Assembly: GCA_021613535.1 (NCBI GenBank)
Contig: CP075496.1
Location: forward strand, 13,516,001 to 13,580,000
Length of the DNA stretch: 64,000 nucleotides
Direction of reading: 5' to 3'
Origin: Adineta vaga
Taxonomy: Eukaryota; Animalia; Rotifera
Shown here: piece by piece, positions 1 through 13,270 of the stretch
How positions within the stretch are numbered: position 1 is the first letter of the stretch
How the letters are laid out: the number at the start of each line of letters is the position of its first letter
Position numbers and translations under genes: made by a program
Notes under the pieces: model-generated
Seen by the model: the letters and a program-made list of their open reading frames with translations, nothing else
Told to the model about the DNA's origin: nothing
Database searches by the model: none

Positions 1-1148
1 TCTCAGTAATACTCATACACCATGATATATCACACCATTCTAAATCTGAACAACTTGAACTAATAAAAAATAAACAAACACTACTTATTTTCTTATATGA
101 ACATATTCATGATGCTTACCTAATCATTTTAATTCCTTGATCATCGATATGATGACATGAAGCAATATTGATAGATTTTAAATGAGGACAATATTTACTC
201 AAATGATACAAAGAACTAAAGCAAAAACAAATTGAATTTTTGTTTGAACTTTTCATTGAACTTACGTATTGGATAGTTTTGTACAATGTTTAACAGTTAA
301 TCGTTCCAGATTAGGACAATTATTAGCAAGAACTCTAGATAAATGAGAACAAATAGTGTTTAAATAGTTTATCATGAAGAATAAGACATGTTCTACCGCA
401 TATTATGATCAGTAATGTATTTGCAATTTTCAATATTTAATCGCTTTAAAAATGATCCACATTGTTTACTTAAGTTTTCCAAAACAGTACCCTAAAAGAA
501 AGAAAATCACGAAAAATTCAGTTGTATAACTTATTATATGAACATACATCAACATCACGTTGATAACTTTTCAAATTAATACTTTGCCAATTTGATCCAT
601 CTAAAGCCAAAGTATTCCAATACTAAATAATCAATAAGTTCATCAGCAATTTGCATAAAGAAAAATTCGTTTGTTATTACTTTTGATACTTGTGCACAAC
701 GACAAAGTGATTTATAATCAAGATGAGAAAATATTCTAAAATTCAATGTTTTTCTTTTTCATTAGAAAACTCTCTTTGAAAAACAATTTTACCTCAATAG
801 CAATTCTTTCGGTAAGTTCTTATCAATTAAACAAGTATTTTCATCATTAATTTGTGTATCTTGTGAATCCATTGCTGTTGAATTTTTCATAAAACAGGAG
901 AAAATTTTCTTTTTACGATTTCTTGAAGAGACATGAAGTAAAGGACGTCGGAGAGAATCATCACTTGTTATTGTCAGTACACCTAATGTTGATGTACTAC
1001 TATAACCATCATTGTTTTGAGTATTTAAACGTTCGTTTGTTGTTGTTGATGATGTATCACTTGTCGAATCAGTATTAACACTAACAGCACTTATATGATT
1101 AGAATGTTGGCCGACTGTACGTTGAAAAAATGTACGTAGAGTTGCCAT
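1..1148 (-). CDS. F-box/LRR-repeat protein, FBXL2/FBXL20 family (multi-exon; 3' part runs off the window start)
   Basis: Spliced translation LIDKNLPKELLLR|IFSHLDYKSLCRCAQVSK|YWNTLALDGSNWQ...GTVLENLSKQCGSFLKRLNI followed by Cys-containing LRRs (CPNLERLTVKHC) matches the FBXL2/20 F-box and LRRs. Introns are short GT-AG. Confidence 0.88.
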
Positions 1149-1794
1149 TATAAAAATATACAATCATTGAGAACTGTAAATCCCACCAGGTCATGAAAGA
1201 TTTGATTTAATAGAAAGAGAAGGATGATTTCATCAACGTTTTGTTCTTTTCTTTTTTTGCTATATGAAATTTGCTCACGCGCTTGAAGCGCGAGCGGGTG
1301 ATTACGATTTGTTTTTTTAAATCTAGAACGAAAGAAAAAAAAAGAACAACAAGATTTATGAATGTTTTGTTTGAAATTTTGTTTTTCGTAAAAAATTTTT
1401 TCATATGAATTGACTTATTCGTATTTAATGAGAGTAATAAAAGTCATCACATGCTGAATAGTTTCATTCATATTCTTATCGGTCAGATGTTTGTTCTATT
1501 TTACTTACTTTACTCTCATTTGTGATGTTTACAAAGATAAAATTGACTTCCAATTGAATCAAAAAGAAATTTATTGAATACTTTTTTCAAAAAGACGAAA
1601 TTTTATTATAACAAAGTCTTTCGAATTTATATATATTTATATATTATTGCACAGATGCCACTAGTAGATTCATGATTGAATAAATTCAATTGGTTGATTT
1701 GCATTCTGATGGAATCTTGATTCTCGATAAAATTCTTTTTAAAAAAAAATCATTAGAAGGAGGGATACATATTGGATTGGAACAGAAAGTGATT

Positions 1795-2640
<846 letters not shown>

Positions 2641-2689
2641 GTAAGACAAAATTACGGGAAAATTGTAGTTTCTTGTTAATAATTATGTC

Positions 2690-3200
2690 CAGTTCGGCCA
2701 GAGATTTGGAGGTGATGATGATGAATCAGTATTTGTTTCAGCAGTGGGTTTAATTATATTGGTGATTTACTTTTCCAACGCAGTAAGCCATGCTTTGAAA
2801 ATATTAATAAATTTACTGTCATTCATTTCATTGCTTTTACAATCAGAAATCTGCTTGTTTTAATTACCAAAAGTTAATGCAATAATATTAAATGCACTAT
2901 CATACTTAAAAAAGTAAATAGAATAGAATATTTTGAAAGTGTCGAGATCAGAATAAATGCTACTTGGTGTTCCTCGATAACCATTTACAACTTTTTTTGT
3001 TTGAATTAATGAGAACGTATATAAGGATATATTGTTAAGTCTGATGAATATGACTGGGGAATAATAGAGAGCAGTTTTTTCGAAGCAATGATGTATATAG
3101 AAAATTAATAAGAATCTAAATAGAAATATGTGAATGATTTTGAATGCAACTGTATATGTTATATCTTGTCGTTGTTTTTGACAAACAATAAAATTAACTT
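2690..3200 (-). pseudogene. Degraded coding-like fragment, possibly a secreted glycoside hydrolase (GH18-like N-terminus)
   Basis: The stop-interrupted reading SLIQTKKVVNGYRGTPSSIYSDLDT...YDSAFNIIALTFGN*...AWLTALEK* loosely resembles the VVGYW...YNII.LSF start of GH18 barrels. The match is weak. Confidence 0.2.
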
Positions 3201-3359
3201 GATACAAGAATGATACGAATTGATTTAGTAAAGAAAATCAGAAACATTATGTTTAAATCATATTTTTACATGAGTGATATATCGATGAAGTAGAGCAATT
3301 TCAAAGAGAATCACATCTTAGATTTAGAGTACTGTACGGGTACAACTTTTTGAATCCAA

Positions 3360-3847
3360 ATGCATCATCACATCAACAGCATCACGTTCCATATCGTGAT
3401 TCAAATTTAACTTATTTACTAAAGAATAGTCTTGGTGGTGATGCAAAAACATTTATGTTAGCAACAATTAGTCCATCATCAACAGTTATTGATGAAACAA
3501 TCAATACATTACGTTATGCTGGTCTGGCATCAACAATAACAAATGTTCCACGAATAAAAACTCCTCATCTTCGTCATGAAATTGATGAATTACGGGAAGA
3601 AAATGCTCGCCTTAAACAAGAACTATTTCTTGTCAAATCAAAATCAATGCCATCAATTCATCCAACAATTCCAATGATTAGTAAAACATCATTGACTAAT
3701 ATTGATGAAGGTATGCAAACAAGCTTTCGACTGGAACCATCGACACCAAATGATGATGATTTAAATAAGGATGAAAGTCTTGATGTTGTTGATGAAGAGG
3801 TAAAGCAATCAATTGATTTGAAAAATCATCTTTTATTTGAGAATTTT
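3360..3847 (+). pseudogene. 488-bp partial duplicate of the kinesin gene (copy of 11976-12463)
   Basis: Ungapped direct alignment with 11 mismatches by manual count. It includes 48 bp of the downstream intron (gtaaagcaatc...) and lacks the N-terminal motor exons. Confidence 0.95.
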
Positions 3848-4499
3848 TAATGCTGTTCATTTAAAATAACTTTCGTTTTGATTTTCAATTCTTAAAACGG
3901 AAACTTACGAAGCATCAACATTTCTTGCCTTTTGAAAAATAAATAAATTACATTGTAGAGCGAATTGTTTTTCGAAACCATCGTGCTTAATGAAAAGCGA
4001 GAAATAGTTAAGAGGAAAGATCGAGAACGGCACAAAACTGTCGTCTAGACGAAATGTCAACAAAAACAATCTTCGTTAAAACGAAAACAATTTTTTGAGC
4101 TGGAGAAAATGGTCTCATTAAGGCCGGAGACGTGAGTGGCATCATTGACGTCACAAAGTACCGACACGATAACAAATTACACTTGAAAAAGACACGAGTT
4201 GCTTGGTTTTTTGCAAGCAAGGAGGGAACTCACACTATAATTCAACCAGACTGGTTCTAGCCCTGCATTCAGTTATAAGCGATGCGTTGAAATTCAAAAT
4301 TACGAATTGCGAGAGTAAAAATATTGACACCATCTTTTCTTACGAAATCAATATTTACTTCACAAATACCTTTTTCTTTACGTTCTTTTTATGAATATCA
4401 AGAGATTGCACAACTGTGAGAAACTATAGAGTTGAAGGAGACAGCGACACTTTCGAGCAATAACAAGAACAATAACACACAACATATCAATACAAAACT

Positions 4500-7400
4500 A
4501 TGTCGACTTTCGTCAAATTACCGGTCGAGTTCGTTTACAGAATTCTTGATCATCTCGACGAATTCACTCTTTTTTGCTCAATGCAAAATGTGTGTCATCG
4601 ATTCAACCAAATTCTGCATACCTACCATCGATATCAAGTAAATCTGTGCTTCTATATAATACTTACTGAGGTTAAACTTCTATGGAAGATAGACGAAATC
4701 ATCCAGTGAATTAAATGGAAAGCAAGTCAGACGATCTATCCATTACAGTATTTCACTGTTCTCGCACATATCTGATGAGGACACAAAATAGATGATTAAT
4801 GTAGTTTTATGTTCTGGATCATTATCATTCTGTTAATTATTTACCTTTCGAAAGTACTTTTTGATAAAATATCCATACCTTTTTCTATGATGCTTCAGTC
4901 GGGCATGCATGGTTGAAGAACAGTACGGTCCGAACAGTGAAAAATCAGATAGCAAACTATTCACGTCAATAAACTGAATCTTGCTTTTATCCGAGCAATT
5001 GTAGAGGAAGACTTAAGTTCTCCATCAATAATACTGCAGAATCACGAGTGCACACAAAGCAGAGTAGAAGTCTATTTTTTAATAGTGTAAAAATACGTAA
5101 ATGATTGCATCCTCAATGTGGGGCAAAATTCGATGTAAAAACGGTTGAGACCAGAAGAACCGCGTTGCCAGCTACAGTGAACAACATTTCGTCTCTAAAT
5201 CTCAGAGTAGATCTCTTTCACTACATCTTGATCAATCACTATCAAAACTTCGATAGACGTTCGCTGCAATTATTTCCATCATCTGACCTCAACATGTTTT
5301 ACATACTAGCAAACACCCACCAGTACTTCTAAACTGTTCTCCCTGTTGACTCATCGCCATATCAGAAAAGATAAATAGGTAATGTTAGTGTAGCATAGAT
5401 TTCAAACATATAAACTGACTCTGGCTGAAGCAGATCTCTATACTGGCCATTCGATCGGAAAGCAAAGTGTACAGTTCTAACGAAAAAACCTCTCGAAATG
5501 AGAAAAACTTCAGATATCAGGGTAATGCCGTCTTACGGAACTTAGTTAGTAGTGAAATATCCCAGCTTGATCTAATCTCTTATTACTTTTTGAAGAAGTT
5601 ATAAGTATTTTATGGTTTCGTCAAAATACACTATTTTCTGTATGGGTTTTAAATTGTTCTTTAAAACAACGATCTGAGTAATGAATATATTTCTTTCTGG
5701 TCACAGTAAAACTTTATTCTGGGAATATTGATTGACTTGGTGCATAGAAACGTGCAGAAACAAAGAGAGTGGGACTGATAGTAGAAGATTTCTTTTTATC
5801 ACTATGTGTCCGAGAGAATCAGCTTCAAGACGTTGTTCAACAAAAAACGAGTATCGCGAATATATTCATATGGAGCTGTTTATAGCTGAAATTATAATGA
5901 CAAACTGGACGAATATGTTACCGCCGTTCAGAGAATAAGTGTTTACTAAACTATTTCAATTATCAAAAATTTGTTTACGCTACAGTATAACACACGCTTT
6001 TTTCGACCAAAAGAACAAATGACTAAAGAAAATATGATAAAAAGTAGAGGAAATCTCAAGGTCAATACGAAGGTCTCTCAGTGATCATTGATTTGTCAAT
6101 TAACCAAGACTCGTCTATACAAACGAAGAAACCAATCATTTCTTAAGAATACGAGAAACAGTCTTACCTAATGGTTCTTACACGCACGAATATGACACTG
6201 CCCTAATTTTCTCGATTCCTGACTCTATGTACAATGGCAGTCAAGCAAATCATACTGATTTTTGTGAGAATTCCAAGAATAAAGAAGATAGTATACACAA
6301 ACCAAACTTTTCCTAGACTTGATCTTTTCTTATCACGGCGTCCGCGCCTAAGTTCTATGACACCGTCATCCATAAAACATTCTAGGCTAAGTACCTATGA
6401 AAGAATGTTAAGGGTCACTTGCAACTCATATACCGCAGCGATATAATCCGACCTGTTCCCGCCTATCCCTGAAAAATGAAAACACGACCAGCATACTTCA
6501 GATATCAGTGAGGATATCAATCAACTCATTTTCTTTCAAACACAATCAAAACAACCTTCTTACGATACTACTCGAACAAAACTCTATCTTTCTCTAACTT
6601 TCTACCGAATACTACATCAATCTATCAATCCAAACGAACAACGCCACTTCTTCAGAGTCTGTTTTCCCCTCTCTTCAATCGATTCTCAAAGAAAATCTAA
6701 AAGCATATTTCAAAAGACTATAGTTTCAATAAAAAAACTTCAATCTCATCCAGAAAAAACCTACCTTAATGAAATCCCAAATCATCCATAACTTCTTCAG
6801 GGAGCAATAAGAAGATCAATCAGCTTAGGATATTTCATTACAAACTAACGACGATAATACGTACGTACTATGACTCTTAAAGATTTTTATCACATCAGAC
6901 AGGCTCCTTATTATCAGAAGCATCAGAAGTGAAGAACGTAACCTTCCTTCATTCTTCGACCGGGTCCTCCTCGCATACTCCTCTCTTGTTTAGACACTCA
7001 CAACACTAAGTCTCTGGAACAATCAAATCACACTTCAAGCAGCAGAGCACTTGGCTGATGCATTACGAGTTAACACGGTAATTGTGATTCACCCTTCGAA
7101 TGTCTCATCTTCTGATACCACTCTCTTGTTTAGACACTCACAACACTAAATCTCTGGTATAACAAAATCACCGTTCAAGAAGCAGAACACTTGGCTGATG
7201 CATTACAAGTTAATACGGTAATCTTCATTCACTGCCCGAGTGTCTTCTCATTTCATACCGCTCTCTTGTTTAGGCACTCAGAACACTCGATCTCGATTCC
7301 AACGAAATCGAAGATAAAGGAGCTCAGCATTTGGCTGATGCATTACTAGTTAACATGGTAATCTTCATTCGTTTCCCGATTGTCTTCTCCTTTCATACCG

Positions 7401-7658
7401 CTCTCTTGTTAAGACAATCACAGCGCTACATCTCAGGAATAACCAAATCAGAGTCCAAGAAGAAGAGCACTTGGCTGATACATTACGAGTAAACACTGTA
7501 ATCGTCTTTCACTCTTCGATTATTTCCTCCTTTGATACCGCTCTCTTGTTTAGACACTCAGAACACTAAATCTCTCTCGCAACCAAATCGGAGATCAAGG
7601 AGCGAAGCACTTGGCTGATGCATTACGAGTTAACACGGTAATCTATATTTTGTTTTGA
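4500..7658 (+). CDS. F-box + ribonuclease-inhibitor-type (NLRC3-like) LRR protein; F-box exon 4500-4637 plus five 84-bp LRR exons
   Basis: The F-box exon MSTFVKLPVEFVYRILDHLDEFTLFCSMQNVCHRFNQILHTYHRYQ ends in phase 0 at a gtaaat donor. LRR exons 6994-7077, 7134-7217, 7274-7357, 7414-7497 and 7554-7637 are all open, phase 0 and GT-AG. Linkage across the 2.36-kb gap and the 3' end (read-through VIYILF*) are inferred. Confidence 0.7.
6981..7642 (+). repeat. Tandem array, exact 140-bp period, about 4.7 units (84-bp LRR exon + 56-bp intron)
   Basis: ctctcttgtt(t/a)ag recurs at 6981, 7121, 7261, 7401 and 7541, and ttggctgat(g/a)cattac recurs in every unit. Confidence 0.97.
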
Positions 7659-10541
7659 TTCCTACATATTTACTCTGATGTTTTTTTTCATTTTGAGTTG
7701 CCGTATTCAGTGTGTGAATTTCTTTCTTTTTTGACATTTGTATGGTGAGGAGACACATTCACGATCGTGGTATTATGCAGACTGGAATAAATCATTGACA
7801 AAATAAAATTAGATTTTTTTTATTTGTAATCGTTTAAGTAATAACCAATTTCTTTGATTTTGTATGATTATGTTCATAAGATATCGAACAGGGAATTATT
7901 CCTGTTTGTGGAGTTTGATCAGAGTAGTAGAATATGAGAGAGTGCGTTCCATATAAGTATAAATGATTGAACCAGTAATGATCGGTTCGACTTTTAACAA
8001 AGACTCATTAGGAGAGAATGAATGTCATATGGGCGTCTCTCAAACTGATGGAAATGAAATGAATAGTAGCACAAGTTTCATCTCATTTACTATATTCTAG
8101 AAAAGTCGCTGGTACTTGTTTAAAGGATTAGTGTACCTGCTGATAAGTGGGATCTATACTCTATTGAATAAACTATGCGATATATAAAATACTTTTGTAT
8201 CTGATGGAATGAAGTGACACAAAGTTGTATTTTCATTGGTGAAGTTGTATTTCGTTCCTCGTGTTTATACCTTCTCTTATAGAAACAGATTTCAATTATT
8301 GATAAAAGAAACATCTGGTACAATGTGGTTGTTCAATTTCTGATGTTTCAACGTATTATATGTATGACCGCGTAACTAGAGGTATTCGTCATGTACCTGA
8401 GTCGATGATTTCAAAATTGCTATCAAAGAAGAAGAACTATCGATCTAGCTATGATCGAAACCGAAATGAAGTGTTTTGACTTTGTATTGCTAAGTTGTCA
8501 TTGTTAATTTGAAAGTGAGGATGAAATAATACATTTATGGAATGCACGTAGTTCAAATAATTGCAAAATAATTCATCGTCTCGAAAACGCTACTTAACAG
8601 TATATTACAATTAGGTATTTCCATCGATTATCTAAGAAAACATGTCGAAAGAAAAACATGACTTTCGTATTTTTGTTTCTGTTTTTCCACCAGTGTTCTT
8701 TGATCCATTCATGCAGAGACAATCATTATTTATCGTGAACAATAAACTTGTTACAGATGGATCACAACAGTTGATTAGGAATATCAATCAATACGTTCTG
8801 ATATCAACAACAATGGATTGTGAAGTAGAATTTAGTTTTGGTAGTAATACAAATGATCTTAGCAGCCTGAAATATGTTGTGGAGTCGAATCAATTTGACA
8901 CTTATATCTACTTTTGCTCCTGCATTATGATTCTATGTATTTATTCATTTACAAAGACGATTATAGATTAACAAGTAAAATTTTAGAAAACAATCCTTGA
9001 TTTTTATAGCAACTGTTCAAATGCAAATCTTATGTGTTGAGTTAGAGACCATAAGATTTTTGTAGTGAACGTCATATTGACATTGACATATTTTGTAAAA
9101 ATAACGACATAGAAGGATTACAAGTGATGAGAAAACCAGATATGATCGTCTTACAGATGATTCATCTCGTTCGACTTTTGAGTTTGTATCTATATTTTCT
9201 GCATTTCTATGGAATACAGATATCATGCATAAAACACTAAAATAGTCTAGAGAAAACCACTTTCACCATCTTTCTATTCACAATATCCTGGATGAAAGTT
9301 GGCTAAAACGTTTGAAAAAATTTTCGATTCGATTTGTCATTATTCACAATAACATATGTAGATACGCATATTTGATAAATATATGTACAACTATTGATTA
9401 CTAAACTTCATTCTACTATCTTCAACGTAAGATAGGCAACGAAGGCATATCAAACTTAACACTTCGTCATGAAGAGATTTCTAATTTTACCCAAAAAAAG
9501 AAGCAACTCAATATTTTTATATCATATGATTAATTCTTCTCCAATAAGTCATACGTGTGAATCAATCGAAGGTGATAGTGAATAGAATAGTAATAATCAT
9601 TCTGTTAAGTTTATTTTTTGGATTAGAGCAAAAGAAAAGCTTAAATTTAATTATAACTATATCTTTGACAGCAAAGTAAAAAGATTTTTCTTCTCCTAAT
9701 TCTCATCGAACGCAGATATGAAATATGAACATATGATTGATAGACAATTAGATTTCCTTACCTTCAAGATTGCTTTTGGAATAAATTGCTGATGTTAACA
9801 AATAAGCGTAGAAACTATATAGATGAGAACAACAATTGATTCGATTAAAATTTCAATACTCATTTTATCAAAAGTATTTCGTGTATCTAATGTTATTATA
9901 AAATACAATCTAACTCTGAATAAAGTCAAAGTGAAGCTCGAACATCATACAATTTATATGAATAAGATACATGTTAATTGATGATCAATGTGTTGTGCTT
10001 CGATTTGTTGTAGAAATCCAAAAGATTTTTTAAGATTCCGATGCTTTAAATGAGAGGTCTACGAGACATAGAAACGTGCATTTCTACGTTTAGTCACATA
10101 AGATACAGATTATAAATTCCCTCTAGTCCTTTTAGTCCCCTTCATTTGTTTCAATTAGATACTTTAGCGACGAAGAATTCATTGAGAATAAGATTTTCAC
10201 CCACACCCAAGAATATAATTATTTTTCCATTTTTCTCAATTGATATTCAATAAAGAAATTAGAGTCAATTGAATGTTAGATATTGAAACAAAGACCAAGC
10301 ACTATATGCGACATCTATTTAAATTTGATTTGATTGAAAAGTACATTGACATTAACGCTCAAAATGTTCGTTCTTTCTTTCGTTTCTGTTCCTTCCATTC
10401 ACGAACATACGATCGCGTTAAAGCGGCAAAGTGTATTGTTTTGGAATTCTCTGTGAGATACTATTTTTTCCTTTTTCAACGAACAATCATTCATATTGCA
10501 TTGTAAATGATTCAATATTTATTTTAGATTGTTCTCTTCAT

Positions 10542-12975
10542 ATGGCGCATCGTTTGAATCAGCTGCGTACATCAACTTCTACAACTCGTAAGTATCATTA
10601 ATTATTCATCTGTTCTCAATTGAGAAGTTTTTCTTTCAGACGAACAATTCCTGGCATCAACAACAACTCTCACTTCATCTCCACGTACACCAGGAAAAAA
10701 ATTAACTAAAGGTGATCCAATTATTACTGGTATTCGACTTCGACCATTTCTTGAACGGTTTGTCCTTGAATTTCACTTTCTTTTTTGATATTTTATTATC
10801 TTTAACAGAGAATCTGTAATCGATGATACACCTGCTGTACAAATATACGAAAGTAATGTTATTTGTACACAAAATAATCGTCCACAAATATTCAAATTTA
10901 CTAATTGTTTCGATGCTTCGGCAACAAATGTAAGTTGAATAAATTAGAGTTTTCCAAAGAAAAAGAAAATTATGTTTGTTTGTTTTTTCTTAGAAAATTG
11001 TTTATGATGGAATGATTCGACCAGCTGTGTTGGCCTCTTTACAAGGTTTGATTATCATTATAATCGAAATTTAGCATAAGTTGAATTTTTTCATTGATTT
11101 AGGTTATAATACAACAGTATTAGCCTATGGTCAAACAGCATCGGGTAAATCACATTCAATATTTGGTTCACCAAGTGAAGAAGGCATCTTATCACTGAGT
11201 ATTCATGATCTAACAACAATGAATGCTAAAAATCATCTAAAATTCGAATTAAGTTTTCTTGAAATATATAATGAAAAAGTTACAGATCTACTTGCAACTC
11301 CTACATTATCTACCGATCAATTAAATACAAAATCTTCTACGAAAACTTCGACAAGTTCATCATTTTCTAAAAATGCTCGTACACATATTCTTAATAAACT
11401 TGTTCCCAGTACTAATCCCACCAATCCTTCAACACGTACACTTGAAATTCGTGAACATCCTTTACTTGGTCCCTATGTACCTGATTTAAAATATATTCAA
11501 GTTAAAACAAAAGAAGATTTCCAAAATGTTCTCAATCTTGGTAATCAACAACGATCTGTCGCATCAACAAATGCAAATCAACGATCATCAAGATCACATG
11601 CAATATTTACTCTAAAAATCAGTCGCACAGATGTACCACAATCATCAGCCGTACGTTTATCATTTGGGTCGAGTTCAACGAATTCATCAACAAATATTCA
11701 TAAACTTGCAGCATTAACCAATTCATCAAAGAAAAATGCAAAACAACAAGCACAAGAAGAAATTGATGCACAAGCTGTACGATTAAATTTTGTTGATCTA
11801 GCTGGAAGTGAAAAATCACAACAATACAATGGTCCTCAAGGAAAAAATGATCGTTTTGCGGTAAGAATCAAAGAATGTAAACCATTAATCAAATCAAATA
11901 AAGTATATCTTTTCTTTTCTCACTAGGAAAGTGTACATATTAATCAATCGTTATCTACACTTCGGAATGTTATCGATGCATTATCACGTCAACAACATCA
12001 CGTTCCATATCGTGATTCAAATTTAACTTATTTACTAAAGAATAGTCTTGGTGGCGATGCAAAAACATTTATGTTAGCAACAATTAGTCCATCATCAACA
12101 GTTATTGATGAAACAATCAATACATTACGTTATGCTGGTCTTGCATCAACAATAACAAATGTTCCACGAATAAAAACTCCTCATCTTCGTCATGAAATTG
12201 ATGAATTACGGGAAGAAAATGCTCGACTTAAACAAGAACTATTTCTTGTCAAATCAAAATCAATGCCATCAATTCATCCAACAATACCGATGATTAGTAA
12301 AACATCATTGACCAATATTGATGAAGGTATACAAACAAGCTTTCGAATGGAACCATCGACACCAAATGATGATGATTTAAATAAGGATGAAAGTCTTGAT
12401 GTTGTTGATGAAGAGGTAAAGCAATCAATTGATTTGAAAAATCATCTTTTATTTGAGAATTTTCTATGTTTAGATTTTAGCACAAATTGAAAACCAATGT
12501 CGCCGTCCTAAAAGACAACGATTATCCGAACAACCGCTTCATGAAATTGGTTTGTTTATATTGACAAACTTGACATCATTTTCATTTGATTTATTCTTTA
12601 GCAAAACTTCGTAAAATTGATGATACAATGCCTTCATCGACGACTAGGAACCATTCTTAGTTGTGTTACCGACGATTTTTCCGTAAATACAAATTATATT
12701 TTCAAGTTTTATAATCTGTCAATATATTTATTCTAGATAATTAATGACGATGGTATTCTTGTTGTTTCCAATGAATTGAATATAGATGTGAAAATGTCCT
12801 CGAAAGCATGGATGAATGCATTAGAAAGATTTGATCGAGATATAAATATAGATTATATGACAAAGAAAGAAGTAAGTAAAACAATTTGAAATAAAAATGC
12901 GATGAATTAAAGAATTTGTCTTTCTTTTAGATTCTCAATTCTCTAAATCTTCTTTTTGATACGAATCAAGACTAA
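10542..12975 (+). CDS. Kinesin motor protein, kinesin-3/KIF14-like, short tail (multi-exon)
   Basis: Motifs include IRLRPF, the P-loop AYGQTASGKSHS, SFLEIYNEKVTDLL, IREHPLLGPYVPDL, switch I NQRSSRSHAIF, switch II FVDLAGSE and [30 protein letters not shown]. The subfamily is tentative. Confidence 0.9.
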
Positions 12976-13162
12976 AAATTAATTTGTTGTTGTTGTTGTT
13001 GTTGTTTTTTCTTATTTTATTTACTAATATTGTATATACGATCTCATTTTTCTTTTCTCGAAACGATTTGATCGTACATGTCTTTTTTCTTCGATATTAT
13101 CTGTTTGATTAGTCACTTTTTTCTTTTTCTTTTGTCTAATATCTGTCTTAGCTCAATGGAAA

Positions 13163-13166
<4 letters not shown>

Positions 13167-13206
<40 letters not shown>
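13167..13206. repeat. Compound microsatellite (TC)n(TA)n
   Basis: Directly visible just upstream of the PWWP gene. Confidence 0.9.
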
Positions 13207-13270
13207 CACATATGTATCGATAGATGAATGATGGAATCTAATGTTATATATTTTAGATATAAAAAACAAA

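Noticed and set aside
3350-3850. 166-aa ORF as an independent kinesin gene
   Set aside because: It has a non-ATG start, lacks the P-loop and switch exons, and runs into a truncated intron. It is a duplicated fragment.
4146-4234. CRE (tgacgtca) and kappaB-like (gggaactcac) sites upstream of the F-box-LRR gene
   Set aside because: Single short motifs, with an imperfect kappaB match. They cannot be told from chance without data.
4765-4830. ctgatgag as a hammerhead ribozyme core
   Set aside because: I could not find a stem II closed by GAAA or matching stems I/III nearby.
6981-7642. 140-bp repeat as a CRISPR array, satellite or hammerhead-ribozyme (Penelope/Terminon pLTR) array
   Set aside because: The units are fully explained as LRR exon plus intron. 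The ctgatgc motif encodes ADA and lacks the CUGANGA...GAAA hammerhead core. The context is eukaryotic with no cas genes.
4638-10200. Autonomous transposable element
   Set aside because: No long ORF, no RT, transposase or helicase motifs, and no terminal repeats or TSDs that I could identify.
13215-13222. DRE (TATCGATA) promoter element
   Set aside because: An AT-rich 8-mer that also occurs inside coding and intergenic sequence in this window, so it is not discriminating.
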